NCBI GenBank assembly: GCA_035577965.1
Contig: DATJYX010000131.1
Location: 14,629 to 78,628, forward strand
Length of the DNA stretch: 64,000 bases
Reading direction: 5' to 3'
DNA from: Vicinamibacteria bacterium
GTDB taxonomy: Bacteria; Acidobacteriota; Vicinamibacteria; Fen-336
In this document: piece by piece, positions 49,401 through 61,187 of the stretch
How positions within the stretch are numbered: the stretch's first letter is position 1
Layout: each line of letters begins with the position of its first letter
The notes under the pieces: generated by a model
Databases searched by the model: none
Told to the model about the DNA's origin: nothing
Seen by the model: only the letters and a program-made list of their open reading frames with translations
Made by a program: the position numbers and the translations under genes

Positions 49401-52160
49401 ATGGAACCGCCCGACGAGGAGCGCCCGACCGTCACCCAGACCGCCGGAACCCGGGGGACGGGACCTGCGGGCGGGCCGACGAAGGCCGATCCGCACGAAG
49501 CAGGGGCGACGTTCGGCCGGTACGTGCTGCAGCAGAGGGTGGGCGCCGGAGGCATGGGCGAGGTCTGGGCCGCCTTCGACCCGGAGCTGAACCGGAGGGT
49601 GGCCATCAAGCTCGTCCGCCACGACCGCGTCGGGACCGAGGGTCGGCAGCTCCTGCAGCGCGAGGCGCAGGCCATGGCCCGCCTGTCACACCCCAACGTG
49701 GTGGTCGTGCACGACGTCGGCGTGGTCGGCGAGCAGACTTACGTGGCCATGGAGTTCATCGAGGGGCCGACGCTCGCGCAGTGGATGGAGCGCGAGCATC
49801 CCCGCCCCCGCCGCGTGCTCGAGGCCTTCATCGACGCCGGACGCGGCCTGGCTGCGGCCCACGCCGCCGGGATCATCCACCGGGACTTCAAGGCCGGCAA
49901 CGTGATGATCGGAGTCGACGGGCGGGTTCGGGTGACCGACTTCGGCCTCGCCCGGCTGGGAGGGACCCAGGCTGGCGGTGAGCTGGGGGCCGGCACGACA
50001 CCGCCGGGCGAGGGAGCGGCGACGGCGGCATTCTTCGGGACCCCTCGCTACATGGCGCCCGAGCAACATCGGGGCGAGCCGGCCGACGCGCGATCCGATC
50101 AGTTCTCGTTCTGCACCGCGCTGTTCGAGGCGCTCTACGGCGGGCACCCTTTTGCGGCGGGCGCCTCGTCCGAGGATCTGCGGCAACGCGTCCTGGCCGG
50201 ACACGTCGCCGAGCCGCGCTCCTCGCCGGGCCTGCCAGCGTCGGTTCGGCGAGCCATTCAGCGCGGCCTCGCGGTGGACCCCGGCGAGCGTCACCCGGAC
50301 ATGGCGTCGCTCCTCCGGGTTCTGGCCCGGGATCCGCATCGCCTTCGCCGGCGGATGGTCCTGGGGTCGGTGGTCGTCGCCTCGGTGGTGGGGATCGCCT
50401 TCGGTCTCGCACAGGTCCGCGAGCGGCGGCGGCGGCTCTGCTCGGGAGGTGAGGCCGCCTGGGACGCGGTCTGGGGACTGTCACGCCGCCAGGGCATCGA
50501 GGAGGCCTTCCGAAGGAGTGGGGCGCCATTCGCCACGGACGCCGCGCGGCAGGTGGTCGCTTCCCTGGACGGTTATCGGACCCGCTGGGTCGCGTCCTAC
50601 CGCTCGGCCTGCGAGGCGACGCGGGTGCGGGGGGAGCAATCGGAGCAGATGCTCGACCGGGAGGTGAGCTGCCTGGGGCGCGGGCTCAAGGAGGCCGACG
50701 CCCTCGTCTCCCTGCTGATGAAGGCCGACGCGGAGCGGGTGGCGGCAGCCGCCGAGGCCTTGAGCGGGCTGCGTCCCGCCTCGGCCTGCACCGACGTGGC
50801 CGCCCTCGGGCAGGAGACCTCGCGACCTCTGAGCGGCGAGGAGCGCCGGCGCGCCGAGGCGCTCGAGACGCGGCTGGCCGAGGCCGAGGCCCGCAAGCTC
50901 GTGGGCCGCTACGACGAGGCCCTGGATCTGGCGCGCTCGGCGAGCGCGGAGGCGGCTGCCGCATCCCTCGCCCAGACCGAGGGTGCCGCCCAACGGCTCG
51001 TGGGCGAGCTGCTCATCGACCTGGATCGGCCCGACGAGGCGGAGAAGGCCCTGCGCGCCGGTCTGGCCTCTGCCGAGAGGATCGGCTCCGACCGTGCCGC
51101 GGCCGCCGCGGCGAAGGAGCTGATCTGGCTCGAAGCGGTCACGCGAAACCGCTTCGCCGAGGCCGACCGATGGTGGGAGTTCGGCCAGGCCAAGCTCCAG
51201 CGCCTGGGCGGAGGCGAAGACGTCGAAGAGGGGCTCTTGACCAGCCGTGCCGCTGCGCTGAGCGCCGAAGGGAAGTACGCGGAAGCCGCCCGCATGGAGC
51301 GCCGGAACCTCGAGATCGCGGAGAAGCGCGACGGTCCGGAGAGCTTCAGCGCCGCCGTGAGCCACAACCAGCTCGGCCAGGCTCTCGACGGGGTCGGCGA
51401 CTACGCGGGCGCCCTGGAGCACCTGCAGCGGTCGGCGGGGATCAAGGAGCGCGTGCTCGGGCCACGGCACCCGGTCCTCGCCTACACCCTCTCGAACCTG
51501 GGCTCCGTCCTGAGCAAGGTCGGTCGGCACGAGGAAGCGATCGCCGCCCACCGGCGAGCCCTCGCGATCCAGGAGCAGGCCTTCGGGCGCGACAGCCCGG
51601 TCCTCGGCGTCACGCTGAACAACCTCGCCTACAGCCTCGAGCAGGCGGGTCGGCTGACCGATGCCCTGCAGGTGCACGACCGGACGCTCGCCCTCACCCG
51701 GGCTCACTCGGGAGAGGACGATCCGCAGACCGCCTATGCCCTCCTCAACAGAGTGAGTCTCTTCCGAAAACTGGGCCGATATGATGACGCGCTCGCCGAC
51801 GCCCGGCGTGCCGAGCGCATCCTCGCCGCCGCGCTGGGACGCGACCACCCCAACTACGCCTTCGCGGCGAACGCAGTGGGCTTCATGCTGACCCTGACGG
51901 GGCGACCGGCGGAGGGGCTTCCCCATCTGGAGCGCGCGCTCGCCATCCGGCGCGCGAGCGCCACCGAGCCCCTGGTGCTCGCCTCCACCGAGGTCAACGT
52001 CGCCAAGGCGCTCTGGGGCGCCAAGGCCGACCCCGTCCGGTCGCGGGCCCTCCTGCGCTCTGCGCGCGCGACCTTCGTCCGACTCGGCGACGTGGCCCGC
52101 GAGGACCTCGCCCTCATGGATGCGTGGCTGGCCGAGAACCACGTTCGCCTGGCGGACTGA
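49401..52160 (+). CDS. serine/threonine protein kinase with TM segment and C-terminal TPR repeats
   Basis: GAGGMGEVW, HRDFKAGNVM, DFGLAR, GTPRYMAPE, then a TM helix and multiple TPR-like repeats. Confidence 0.85.
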   Translation: MEPPDEERPTVTQTAGTRGTGPAGGPTKADPHEAGATFGRYVLQQRVGAGGMGEVWAAFDPELNRRVAIKLVRHDRVGTEGRQLLQREAQAMARLSHPNVVVVHDVGVVGEQTYVAMEFIEGPTLAQWMEREHPRPRRVLEAFIDAGRGLAAAHAAGIIHRDFKAGNVMIGVDGRVRVTDFGLARLGGTQAGGELGAGTTPPGEGAATAAFFGTPRYMAPEQHRGEPADARSDQFSFCTALFEALYGGHPFAAGASSEDLRQRVLAGHVAEPRSSPGLPASVRRAIQRGLAVDPGERHPDMASLLRVLARDPHRLRRRMVLGSVVVASVVGIAFGLAQVRERRRRLCSGGEAAWDAVWGLSRRQGIEEAFRRSGAPFATDAARQVVASLDGYRTRWVASYRSACEATRVRGEQSEQMLDREVSCLGRGLKEADALVSLLMKADAERVAAAAEALSGLRPASACTDVAALGQETSRPLSGEERRRAEALETRLAEAEARKLVGRYDEALDLARSASAEAAAASLAQTEGAAQRLVGELLIDLDRPDEAEKALRAGLASAERIGSDRAAAAAAKELIWLEAVTRNRFAEADRWWEFGQAKLQRLGGGEDVEEGLLTSRAAALSAEGKYAEAARMERRNLEIAEKRDGPESFSAAVSHNQLGQALDGVGDYAGALEHLQRSAGIKERVLGPRHPVLAYTLSNLGSVLSKVGRHEEAIAAHRRALAIQEQAFGRDSPVLGVTLNNLAYSLEQAGRLTDALQVHDRTLALTRAHSGEDDPQTAYALLNRVSLFRKLGRYDDALADARRAERILAAALGRDHPNYAFAANAVGFMLTLTGRPAEGLPHLERALAIRRASATEPLVLASTEVNVAKALWGAKADPVRSRALLRSARATFVRLGDVAREDLALMDAWLAENHVRLAD

Positions 52161-52231
52161 CGCCGGCACGGAGGCTCCCTCGGGCCCTGCCCCGGGGAGC
52201 GGCTGGGGTGCCGCAGCTTGCGGAGGGCGCG

Positions 52232-53698
52232 CTACGCCTCGAGGATGCCCTCCCAGCCCTTACGGTACTCGGGCCGCTTGATGAACGGGGCGGCTTCCGG
52301 GGCGTTGCCGGCTCGCATGTTCCGATGGTCCCACTCGATCTTCTTCCCGGTCCGGTAGGCCACGTTGCCGAGGTGGTTCGCCTCGGTCGTCCAGCCCGAG
52401 TACTGGAAGTTCGAGCCGGGCATCGGCCCGTCGCCCTTGCAGGCGTTCACCCACTCGACCCAGTGCCCGGGCGAGCGGGGCAGCGTCGCGGGGGGCGTCT
52501 GGAAGTCCTTGAACCTGTCCTCGGGCAGCAGCTTCCCGCTGCCGAGCAGCATGCCCTTGTCGCCGACGAACAGGCTCGAGCGGCCGCCCCACTCCGGCAC
52601 CCACCCGGGCGGCTTGCTGTCGCCCTGGTGCCAGACGAGCTTGAGCGCCGGCTGGGAGCCCACGGCCGCGAACTCGTAGGTCACCGTCATGGTCGCCGGG
52701 GCCAGCTCCTTGTGGGCCACCCGCCCGCTGGGCGACAGGGCCTCGACCGTCAGCGGGGCCAGCACACGCCCGCCCTCGCCGTCCGGCCGCCAGAGATCCA
52801 GGACGGTGAACGGAACGTCGTTGTCGTGGCTGCCGAGGTCGCTCATGGTGCCGTTGCCGAAATCCCACCAGCGATACCACCGGGGGCCGGGCAGGTACGT
52901 GGCATGGAATGGCCGCGCCGGCGCGGGGCCGAGCCACAGGTCCCAGTGGATGTTCGGCGGAACCGGCATCTCCTCGGGGAACCGATCGACGATCTGGATG
53001 CCGTTGTAGAACCCGTGCGGCTTGTCGAACCTCTCGGCGGAGGCGGCGTCCTGCAGCCCCCAGGCGCGACTCGCCCACACGTGGACCTCGCGCACCGGGC
53101 CGATGACGCCGGTCATGAGGATCTCCCGGATCGTCCGCCGGGCCTCCGCAGCGTGGCCCTGGTTGCCCATCTGCGTGGCCAGCCGGGGATGCTTCGCGGC
53201 CGTCTCGCGGATGAGCCGGGTCTCCCAGATGTTGTAGGCGAGCGGCTTCTCGCAGTAGACGTGCTTGCCGTGCGTCAGGGCCAGGTAGGTGGCGAAGGCG
53301 TGCGTGTGCTCGCAGGTCGCGACCACGACGGCGTCGAAGCTCTTCGGCTCGTCGAAGACGCGACGGAGGTCGTTGAACTTCCTTGCCTTCGGGAACCGGA
53401 CCGCCGCGCTGTCCACGGCATTCTGGTCCACGTCGCAGACGAGGGCGACGTTCTCGTCGGGATGCGGTGCCGCCGCCGCGACTGCGCCACCGCGGGCCTC
53501 GCCGCCGGCCGCCGCCCCGCGGCGATCGCGCCCCGGCGGGAGGGTGAGCTCGTCCATGAGGTCCGTGGCGCGGCCGCCGGAGGCGATGAACGCGATGTCC
53601 AGCTTGCCGTTCAGGTTCTTGCCGCGCAGGAGCGCGGGTGCGCCCGTGATGACCCCCGCCGCCCCCAGGGCCCCCCCGACGAACTCGCGCCGCGTCAT
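52232..53698 (-). CDS. Tat-exported Gfo/Idh/MocA family oxidoreductase
   Basis: MTRREFVGGALGAAGVITGAPALL twin-arginine signal, Rossmann fold plus GFO_IDH_MocA C-terminal domain. The start may instead be MKATSRK 12 codons upstream. Confidence 0.7.
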   Translation of the reverse strand: MTRREFVGGALGAAGVITGAPALLRGKNLNGKLDIAFIASGGRATDLMDELTLPPGRDRRGAAAGGEARGGAVAAAAPHPDENVALVCDVDQNAVDSAAVRFPKARKFNDLRRVFDEPKSFDAVVVATCEHTHAFATYLALTHGKHVYCEKPLAYNIWETRLIRETAAKHPRLATQMGNQGHAAEARRTIREILMTGVIGPVREVHVWASRAWGLQDAASAERFDKPHGFYNGIQIVDRFPEEMPVPPNIHWDLWLGPAPARPFHATYLPGPRWYRWWDFGNGTMSDLGSHDNDVPFTVLDLWRPDGEGGRVLAPLTVEALSPSGRVAHKELAPATMTVTYEFAAVGSQPALKLVWHQGDSKPPGWVPEWGGRSSLFVGDKGMLLGSGKLLPEDRFKDFQTPPATLPRSPGHWVEWVNACKGDGPMPGSNFQYSGWTTEANHLGNVAYRTGKKIEWDHRNMRAGNAPEAAPFIKRPEYRKGWEGILEA

Positions 53699-53993
53699 CT
53701 GTCGCCGGCACTCCTTCCTGCTCGTGGCTTTCATGGCCGCGTCCCTCGCCCTGTGGCTCCCCGACCCGGATCCTCCTGATGGACGACCAGTGAGCTCCGT
53801 GCCCGTGGGGCCAGCGCGTATTGTCATCGAGCTGCCCAGGGCCGACAAGGAGGATCGGAGGGTGCGTGTACCGAGGGCCCGCTGGCGTTCAGCTCAGGCA
53901 ATCTGCAGAGCCACGGGAGTCGTCATCCCGAGCCTGCACGCGGTCAGCGCTCGTTCGGGCTCGAGATCACCACTCCTTCGGGTCGTTACTGGT

Positions 53994-56519
53994 CTACTGG
54001 AAGTACCCCACCACGTCGAACACGAAGTCCGTGTGTCCCGTGGAGCCGGCCGGCATGTCGCACCGGACGGCGATCTGCCCGTCCGTGCCCAGGGTGACGA
54101 TAGCGTTGTTGGCCCGTGTCTGGCCCACGGAGAAGTTGATGGAGCTGGAGGTCGGCGCGCTGCCGCCTGCAGCGTACAGGCGCAGGTTCCCCTGATCGGT
54201 CGCGCCCACCACCGTGACGTTGATGGCGACGGCGGTCGCCGAGGGCGGCACGTCGCAGAGGCCGGTCACCGGGAAGATCCGGGTGCTGTTGGCGGCGAGG
54301 GCGGGGCCTCCCCAGGCGCTGATCGGATTGCGCGTGTCGGCCACCCGGCAGGGCGTCAGGGTATAGAAGCCGGTGGGCCGCGAGAGGCCGAAGTCGATCC
54401 CCGCAGTCGTCGCCCCCACCGTCACGCCGATGGGTTTGCCTTTCGTCACCGTGCAGGCTCCGTAGGGGCATGCGATGTCCTTGTACAGCTCGTCCGTATA
54501 CCCCAGGGAGTTCGCCGTCCGCGCGTAGTAGGTGCCGGAGACCAGGCCCACGCTCGTCGTGTAGGCCCCCGAGCCGCCCGTGATTCCGACCGCCGCCCAG
54601 GTGCCGGCAGAGTCGTAGATCCGTATCTCCACGCCGGCCAATGGCTGGCCCGTGGCCGCGTCCCTCACCACTCCAGCGACTCGTCCGCCCGGCGTCAGGT
54701 CGAAGTTGACCCCCGCCGTCGTCACGCCCGTCGTGACGCTGATCGGCGTGCCCGTCGTCACCACGCACGCGAGGTCCGGGCAGGGGATGTCGTCGTAGAG
54801 CTCGTAGAAGTAATCCGAGTTCCCTGTCTGCGCGTAGTACGTGCCGGAAAGGAGGGCCCTCTCGCTCACATAGGCGCCGGAGGGGTTCGTGTAGCCGTCC
54901 GTCACCCAGGCGCCGGTCGAGTCGAAGATGTCCACGAACAGGCCGTAGAGAGGCTGGTGGGTCACGGAGTCCCTCACCGTGCCGCTGATCCGCCCGCCCG
55001 GCGCCAGCCGGAAGTCGATCCCCCGCGTCGTCGCTCCGACGGTCACCGCGATGGGCGTACCGCTCGTGACGGTGCAGCCGTCTGCGCACGGTATGCCGTC
55101 GTACAGCTGGTCGATGAAGCCCTGCCAGTTCGACGTCCGGGCGTAGTAGTTCCCGGAAACGACCAGGCCCGAGAAGACGTAGACGCCGGAGCTGTCCGTC
55201 CACACGGGGTTCAGGTAGCCGCCGCTCGAGGTGGAGAGGTAGACCTGCACGCCGGCCAGCGGCTGGCCGGTCGCAGCGGCCGTCACCGTGCCGGTGATCT
55301 GCCCGCTCCGCCAGAGGGCGAAGTTGACCCCCGCGGTCGTCGCTCCGACGGTCACGCCGATGGGCGTGCCGCTCGTCACCGTGCACGCACCGGCGGGGCA
55401 GGGAATGTCGTCGTAGAGCTTGTCGATGTACCCCAGCCAGTTCGAGGTCCGAGCGTAGTAGCTCCCCGAGTTGAGGAGCCCGGTGATGGTGTACACACCG
55501 GTGGCGTCGGTGGCGCCGTCCGTCACGTACAGGCCCGTGGAGTCGTAGACCACGATGGGCACGTTGGCCAGGGGCAGGCCCGTTGCGACGTCCGTCACGG
55601 TGCCCCTGATCCGCCCACCGGGCGTCAGGCCGAAGTCGACGCCCGCCGTCGTCACGCCCGTCGTGACGCTGATCGGCGTGCCGCTCGTCACCGTGCACGC
55701 CCCGGCGGGGCACGGGATGTCGTTGTACAGCTCGTCGACGTAGCCCGGCACGCCGGCCGTCCGCGCGTAGTAGGTTCCGGACGGGAGTCCGCTGCCGCTC
55801 GCGTACACTCCGGCGCCGTCCGTCTGTCCGTAGGTCGCTGGCGCGCCCGCCGAGTCGTAGATCTCGACCGGGCCGTTGGCGAGAGGGAGGCTCGTGGCGA
55901 CGTCCGTCACCGTGCCGCCGATCCGCCCGCCGGCCGACAGGCCGAAGTGGATCCCTGTGGTCGTCGCTCCCGGCATGACGGTGATCGGCGTGCCGCCCGT
56001 GACGGTGCAGACCTGGAGGGCGCAAGCGAGGTTGTCGTAGAGCTCGTCGAGGTAGCCTTGCTGGTTATAAGTCTCCGCGTAGTACGTCCCGGCGACGATC
56101 CCGGTGCTCGCGTAGGTTCCGGAGGCGCTCGTCACCCCATACGCCGCGTACTGGCCGGACGAGTCGTAGATCTCGACGTACACGTTGGCCAACGGCGCAC
56201 CGCTTGCAGCGTCTGCTACCGAGCCGGAGATGTATCCGACCACGACCGAGACCTCGGCGTTCCGGCCGTTGGATCCCGCCGCGGCGACGGACACGACGGG
56301 TCGGGGCCGCCTTTCGAAGCGAGCGTCCTGTCCGGATGCGTCGAGGCCGGCGAGTGCGCCCGAAGGCTGGCGCAGGTGCGGCTGAATGCCCTGCTCCTGC
56401 GACAGAGGGGCGCGTGATTGCGGGCCCGCTCGCTCGTCGTCGGCGGGTGAGGCCGAGCTCCCGGACAGCACGACGCCAACAGCCACGGCCCAGGTCCACG
56501 TCCACGTAGGGAGCATGAC
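53994..56519 (-). CDS. secreted tandem-repeat protein: at least six ~97-aa carboxypeptidase-regulatory-like (PF13620-like) repeats plus distinct C-terminal domain
   Basis: Signal peptide MLPTWTWTWAVAVGVVLSGSSASP. Repeat unit GGRIxGTVTDxxTGxPLAGVxVxxYDSxGxxxxxGxTDxxGxYxxxGLxxGTYYARTSNxxGYIDELYDDIPCPxGACTVTSGTPIxVTxGxTTxGIDFxL. C-terminal ~130 aa is unrelated. Confidence 0.7.
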   Translation of the reverse strand, partial: VMLPTWTWTWAVAVGVVLSGSSASPADDERAGPQSRAPLSQEQGIQPHLRQPSGALAGLDASGQDARFERRPRPVVSVAAAGSNGRNAEVSVVVGYISGSVADAASGAPLANVYVEIYDSSGQYAAYGVTSASGTYASTGIVAGTYYAETYNQQGYLDELYDNLACALQVCTVTGGTPITVMPGATTTGIHFGLSAGGRIGGTVTDVATSLPLANGPVEIYDSAGAPATYGQTDGAGVYASGSGLPSGTYYARTAGVPGYVDELYNDIPCPAGACTVTSGTPISVTTGVTTAGVDFGLTPGGRIRGTVTDVATGLPLANVPIVVYDSTGLYVTDGATDATGVYTITGLLNSGSYYARTSNWLGYIDKLYDDIPCPAGACTVTSGTPIGVTVGATTAGVNFALWRSGQITGTVTAAATGQPLAGVQVYLSTSSGGYLNPVWTDSSGVYVFSGLVVSGNYYARTSNWQGFIDQLYDGIPCADGCTVTSGTPIAVTVGATTRGIDFRLAPGGRISGTVRDSVTHQPLYGLFVDIFDSTGAWVTDGYTNPSGAYVSERALLSGTYYAQTGNSDYFYELYDDIPCPDLACVVTTGTPISVTTGVTTAGVNFDLTPGGRVAGVVRDAATGQPLAGVEIRIYDSAGTWAAVGITGGSGAYTTSVGLVSGTYYARTANSLGYTDELYKDIACPYGACTVTKGKPIGVTVGATTAGIDFGLSRPTGFYTLTPCRVADTRNPISAWGGPALAANSTRIFPVTGLCDVPPSATAVAINVTVVGATDQGNLRLYAAGGSAPTSSSINFSVGQTRANNAIVTLGTDGQIAVRCDMPAGSTGHTDFVFDVVGYFQ

Positions 56520-56798
56520 CTCCTCCAGTCGTGAAGCGGAGGCCAGGCGCCGTGCACCTCGTGCGTCGTGACTGGCCCTCGTGGGTGTAGCACCACTCGA
56601 GCGAAAGCGCCAAACTACGATCGATCGGCGCGAACCGGCCAAAGTACTCCAGTCGTCCCCGGCCATGCTCCGCGGCCCCTCGGGCCGATTCCGCGGATCT
56701 TTGGTCGCCCGGCCCGGACGGTGCTCCTCCGGATGGCAGGCCAGGGCGCCGGCTGGGAACCGGGCTCGGGATGACGGGCGAGGATCAGGCTGTCCGCG

Positions 56799-56991
56799 TC
56801 AGATCCGGCTGCCCTCCAGGAAGGCCTTGAGCTTGCGGCTGCGGCTCGGGTGGCGCAGCTTCCGCAGCGCGCGATCTTCAGGACCTTCCTGACCTTGGAG
56901 ACGGGGATGTCCATCCGCTTCGCGATCTCTTCCGAGCTCGGCTCGCGGCCGAGCTCCTGGACGAGGGCGCGGGAGGTCCGGATGAGCTTGA
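56799..56991 (-). pseudogene. degenerate partial copy of the rpoD 3' end (sigma-70 region 3/4 fragment with internal ~275-bp deletion)
   Basis: Bases 56799-56873 match 59491-59565 and 56871-56991 match 59841-59963 (the authentic rpoD) with a few mismatches. Frame is broken at the junction. The 134-aa ORF 56615-57019 is its by-product. Confidence 0.6.
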
Positions 56992-57097
56992 TTGCGGGCC
57001 TGGTTGCTGGCCGCGCCACTCGCCGTACTCGCCCGTTGGAGGCAGGTCCACCCGCTCTAATGTCCGCCCGCCGGAAGGGCCGGCCCTCCCCCCAACG

Positions 57098-57718
57098 CTA
57101 GGCGGCGCGCCGAAGCACCACGGCGAGCCGTCGGTCGAGCCTCCGCTCGACCGTGAGTCCCGCCACAGCCGCCGCCTGGATCTGCTCCTCGAAGGCGGCC
57201 TTCGAGACATGGCCGGGAGGCTCGATCAGGAGCACGCGTCCGGCGGGGGCAAGAGCAGCCTGGACCTCGCCCAGGGCGGCCGCGGCGTCGGGCATCTCGT
57301 GGAGCACGTGGATGAGGACGGCGAGGTCGATCGTGCCGGCGTCGCCGGCGAGGCCGAGGGAGTCGGCGCCGCAGAGGCGCGGCTGGATCCGCTTCTCGAG
57401 GCCCGCCCGCCGCGCGCGCCGTTCGAGCGCCGCGAGCATGCGCGGCTGGACGTCGAGGCTGATGACGCGGCCCCCCTCGCCGACGAGCGTCGCGAGGGGG
57501 AGGGTGAAGAAACCCATCCCGCAGCCGACCTCGAGGACTCTCATCCCGGGCTGCACGTGAAGTCCGAGCGTCCGCTCCGGGTTCTCGACGAGCCGCCGGA
57601 GGGGTGAGACGAGAGGGTACCCGAGCCACCAGGGACAGACGTGATGGCGTCTCCGGGTCGTCGAAGGGTCTTCGTCAGTTCGCGCCGGCGCCGTTTCCGT
57701 GCTCATCAGCCGCTCCAT
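57098..57718 (-). CDS. class I SAM-dependent methyltransferase (type 11 / UbiE-like)
   Basis: [16 protein letters not shown]...[13 protein letters not shown] motif I/II. Confidence 0.7.
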   Translation of the reverse strand: MERLMSTETAPARTDEDPSTTRRRHHVCPWWLGYPLVSPLRRLVENPERTLGLHVQPGMRVLEVGCGMGFFTLPLATLVGEGGRVISLDVQPRMLAALERRARRAGLEKRIQPRLCGADSLGLAGDAGTIDLAVLIHVLHEMPDAAAALGEVQAALAPAGRVLLIEPPGHVSKAAFEEQIQAAAVAGLTVERRLDRRLAVVLRRAA

Positions 57719-57921
57719 TGAAAACCGAGCATTGGCTCGGTATCGTCTCCCTCGTACTTACGAATCCTGGGGCGTCTGGTCGACTCGCATTCGTGGTCCG
57801 GGAGGGGGCTCTGCCGGAGCGCCGTCCAACTCTCACGCTGCCAAGGGGATCGCCTCCGGGAGATCGCCGATCGAAGGCGACCGCCCGCCGCGCGGCTCGC
57901 CTTTCGCGGGTTGGGGGGGCC

Positions 57922-58548
57922 CTGCCCGAGGGCCTCCGGAAGCGGCCGCGGCAGGAGCGCGCACGAGCGACCTTCGACGCGGTGCTGGAGGCGGCGGCGG
58001 AGGTGATCACGGCGCACGGCTGCGCGGCAATGACTACGAACACCGTCGCGCGTCGCGCCGGAGTCTCGATCGGCTCTCTCTACCAGTACTTCCCGAACCG
58101 GGCCGCGATCCTGGTCTGCCTCCTCGAGCGGCACATTCGCGAGATGCAGCCCGTGGTCGCGAAGGGTCTCGAGGAGCTCGCCGACCCCGACCGACCGTTC
58201 GAGGATGCGCTTCGGGAGTCGTTGCTCCGTTTCGTGGCGGCGCACGACCACCACGGACCCCGCCTGCAGCAGGTGCTTTCCGAGGAGGTGCCGCATCCGC
58301 CGTCGATCCAGCGGCTGCGGCAGAAGCTCGAAGCCGGCTACGTGTCCCAGGTGGCCGGGATTCTCCGCGGCCGCGGCGAGCTCCGGCTGGCGCAGGCCGA
58401 GGTCGCGGCGCAGATCGTCGTGGTGGTGGTCGAGGCAGTGACCGTGTGGCTGGCGCACGGGGCGCCCCGCTCGACCGACCGCCGCGCGTACGCGGACGAG
58501 GTCGCACGGATGCTCGGCGCCTACCTGCGGGCCGGGGCGAGGGAGTGA
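57922..58548 (+). CDS. TetR/AcrR family transcriptional regulator
   Basis: ERARATFDAVLEAAAEVITAHGCAAMTTNTVARRAGVSIGSLYQYFPNRAAIL HTH. Start is uncertain; no in-frame ATG between the overlapping upstream region and the HTH, so a CTG/GTG-type start is assumed. Confidence 0.6.
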   Translation: MPEGLRKRPRQERARATFDAVLEAAAEVITAHGCAAMTTNTVARRAGVSIGSLYQYFPNRAAILVCLLERHIREMQPVVAKGLEELADPDRPFEDALRESLLRFVAAHDHHGPRLQQVLSEEVPHPPSIQRLRQKLEAGYVSQVAGILRGRGELRLAQAEVAAQIVVVVVEAVTVWLAHGAPRSTDRRAYADEVARMLGAYLRAGARE

Positions 58549-58774
58549 GGCACGACGCCGCCGTTTGGGCGACCGGATCTTCGATCGCCGGACGGTCAGC
58601 GCTCGCAAGCCGCGGAGGCGGTGCGGCGCGCTGTGGAGGTGGCCCCGAGCGCGCAAAGAGGGGAGCAGGTGGAGATGCCGAGGTGCGAAAGCGAAGGTGT
58701 GTGCCTCGGAGCGGACCGCGTGTGTTGGGCGCACACGAACGCGATCGGGCGACGGCGCGCCTGATGGAAGGGGC

Positions 58775-59179
58775 GTCACGACGTGGACATGGATCCTGGT
58801 CGTGCTGATCTGGGGCGTGTTCTCGGCACAGCTCCTGGCGCGGGCTTGGATCGCCTGGCTTGGTGTTCCGATCTACCTGGCAGGGCTGGCCTTCGGGCGT
58901 GGCTCGCGAAGTCACAACAGGCGGATCGCCGCCTGCGTGGCTCAGCTCGTGGTCTTCGCGGTTCTTCTGGGCATTGGCGACATCCTGGTCAGGAGCATCC
59001 TGCACCTCGGGCACACCGGAGCCCAGCAGGTCGTCTACTGGAGCAGCGCCGGTGTCGCATTCGTCGTGTCGGTGTGGCGCGGCCGTCATCTTGTCACGCG
59101 AATGTGGCGGGAGGCGATGGCGGAGACCGAGGTGTCGGAGTCCCGAGAGCGCCCGAGTGACGGCAGGGCGGTCGAATGA
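58775..59179 (+). CDS. hypothetical small membrane protein
   Basis: Two or three hydrophobic helices (WILVVLIWGVF, GVPIYLAGLAF, LVVFAVLLGIG). Start undefined. Confidence 0.3.
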   Translation, partial: VTTWTWILVVLIWGVFSAQLLARAWIAWLGVPIYLAGLAFGRGSRSHNRRIAACVAQLVVFAVLLGIGDILVRSILHLGHTGAQQVVYWSSAGVAFVVSVWRGRHLVTRMWREAMAETEVSESRERPSDGRAVE

Positions 59180-59490
59180 TGGAGTCGACCGGACCCGCGT
59201 CGCGTGCAAGCCTGCAGTGGGATTGCTCTTCTCGGCCAGGGCTTCCGTGGCCGGTAGACCCGGCAGGTGACCTCCACGCCCAGACCCGGGCCGGGGGGAG
59301 AGTGGCCGGCAGGATCGGCAGGCGGACGGCCCGCCTGTCACGTGGGTAAGGCTCGCCGAGCTCAGGGCCGGGCGAGGTCCGGATCGTCGAGCGGCGGATC
59401 CCTCGCACGCCGCTCAGGAAACCGCGTTCGGGATGACAGGCGCGGCGGGACCGCGCTTTGGGGCGACGGACGTCGGTCAGACGGCGTGCG

Positions 59491-61158
<1,668 letters not shown>

Positions 61159-61187
61159 TTCTCTTCCGCTTGCTCCTTGAAGCCTGC

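Noticed and set aside
53289-56417. 1042-aa plus-strand ORF, and 53986..56025 minus-strand 679-aa ORF
   Set aside because: One is antisense and the other an alternative frame of the tandem-repeat protein gene. The repetitive DNA keeps several frames open. Only the 53994..56519 frame gives a signal peptide and coherent domain repeats.
56615-57019. 134-aa minus-strand ORF resembling part of a sigma factor
   Set aside because: It is the translation of the degenerate rpoD 3'-end copy. Similarity stops at the deletion junction, where the frame shifts into nonsense (…[17 protein letters not shown]…).
59316-59336. Short GC-rich inverted repeat (CAGGCGG-acggc-CCGCCTG) downstream of rpoD
   Set aside because: It could be a terminator stem, but there is no U-tract. 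It lies ~160 bp beyond the stop, and such palindromes occur by chance in this GC content.
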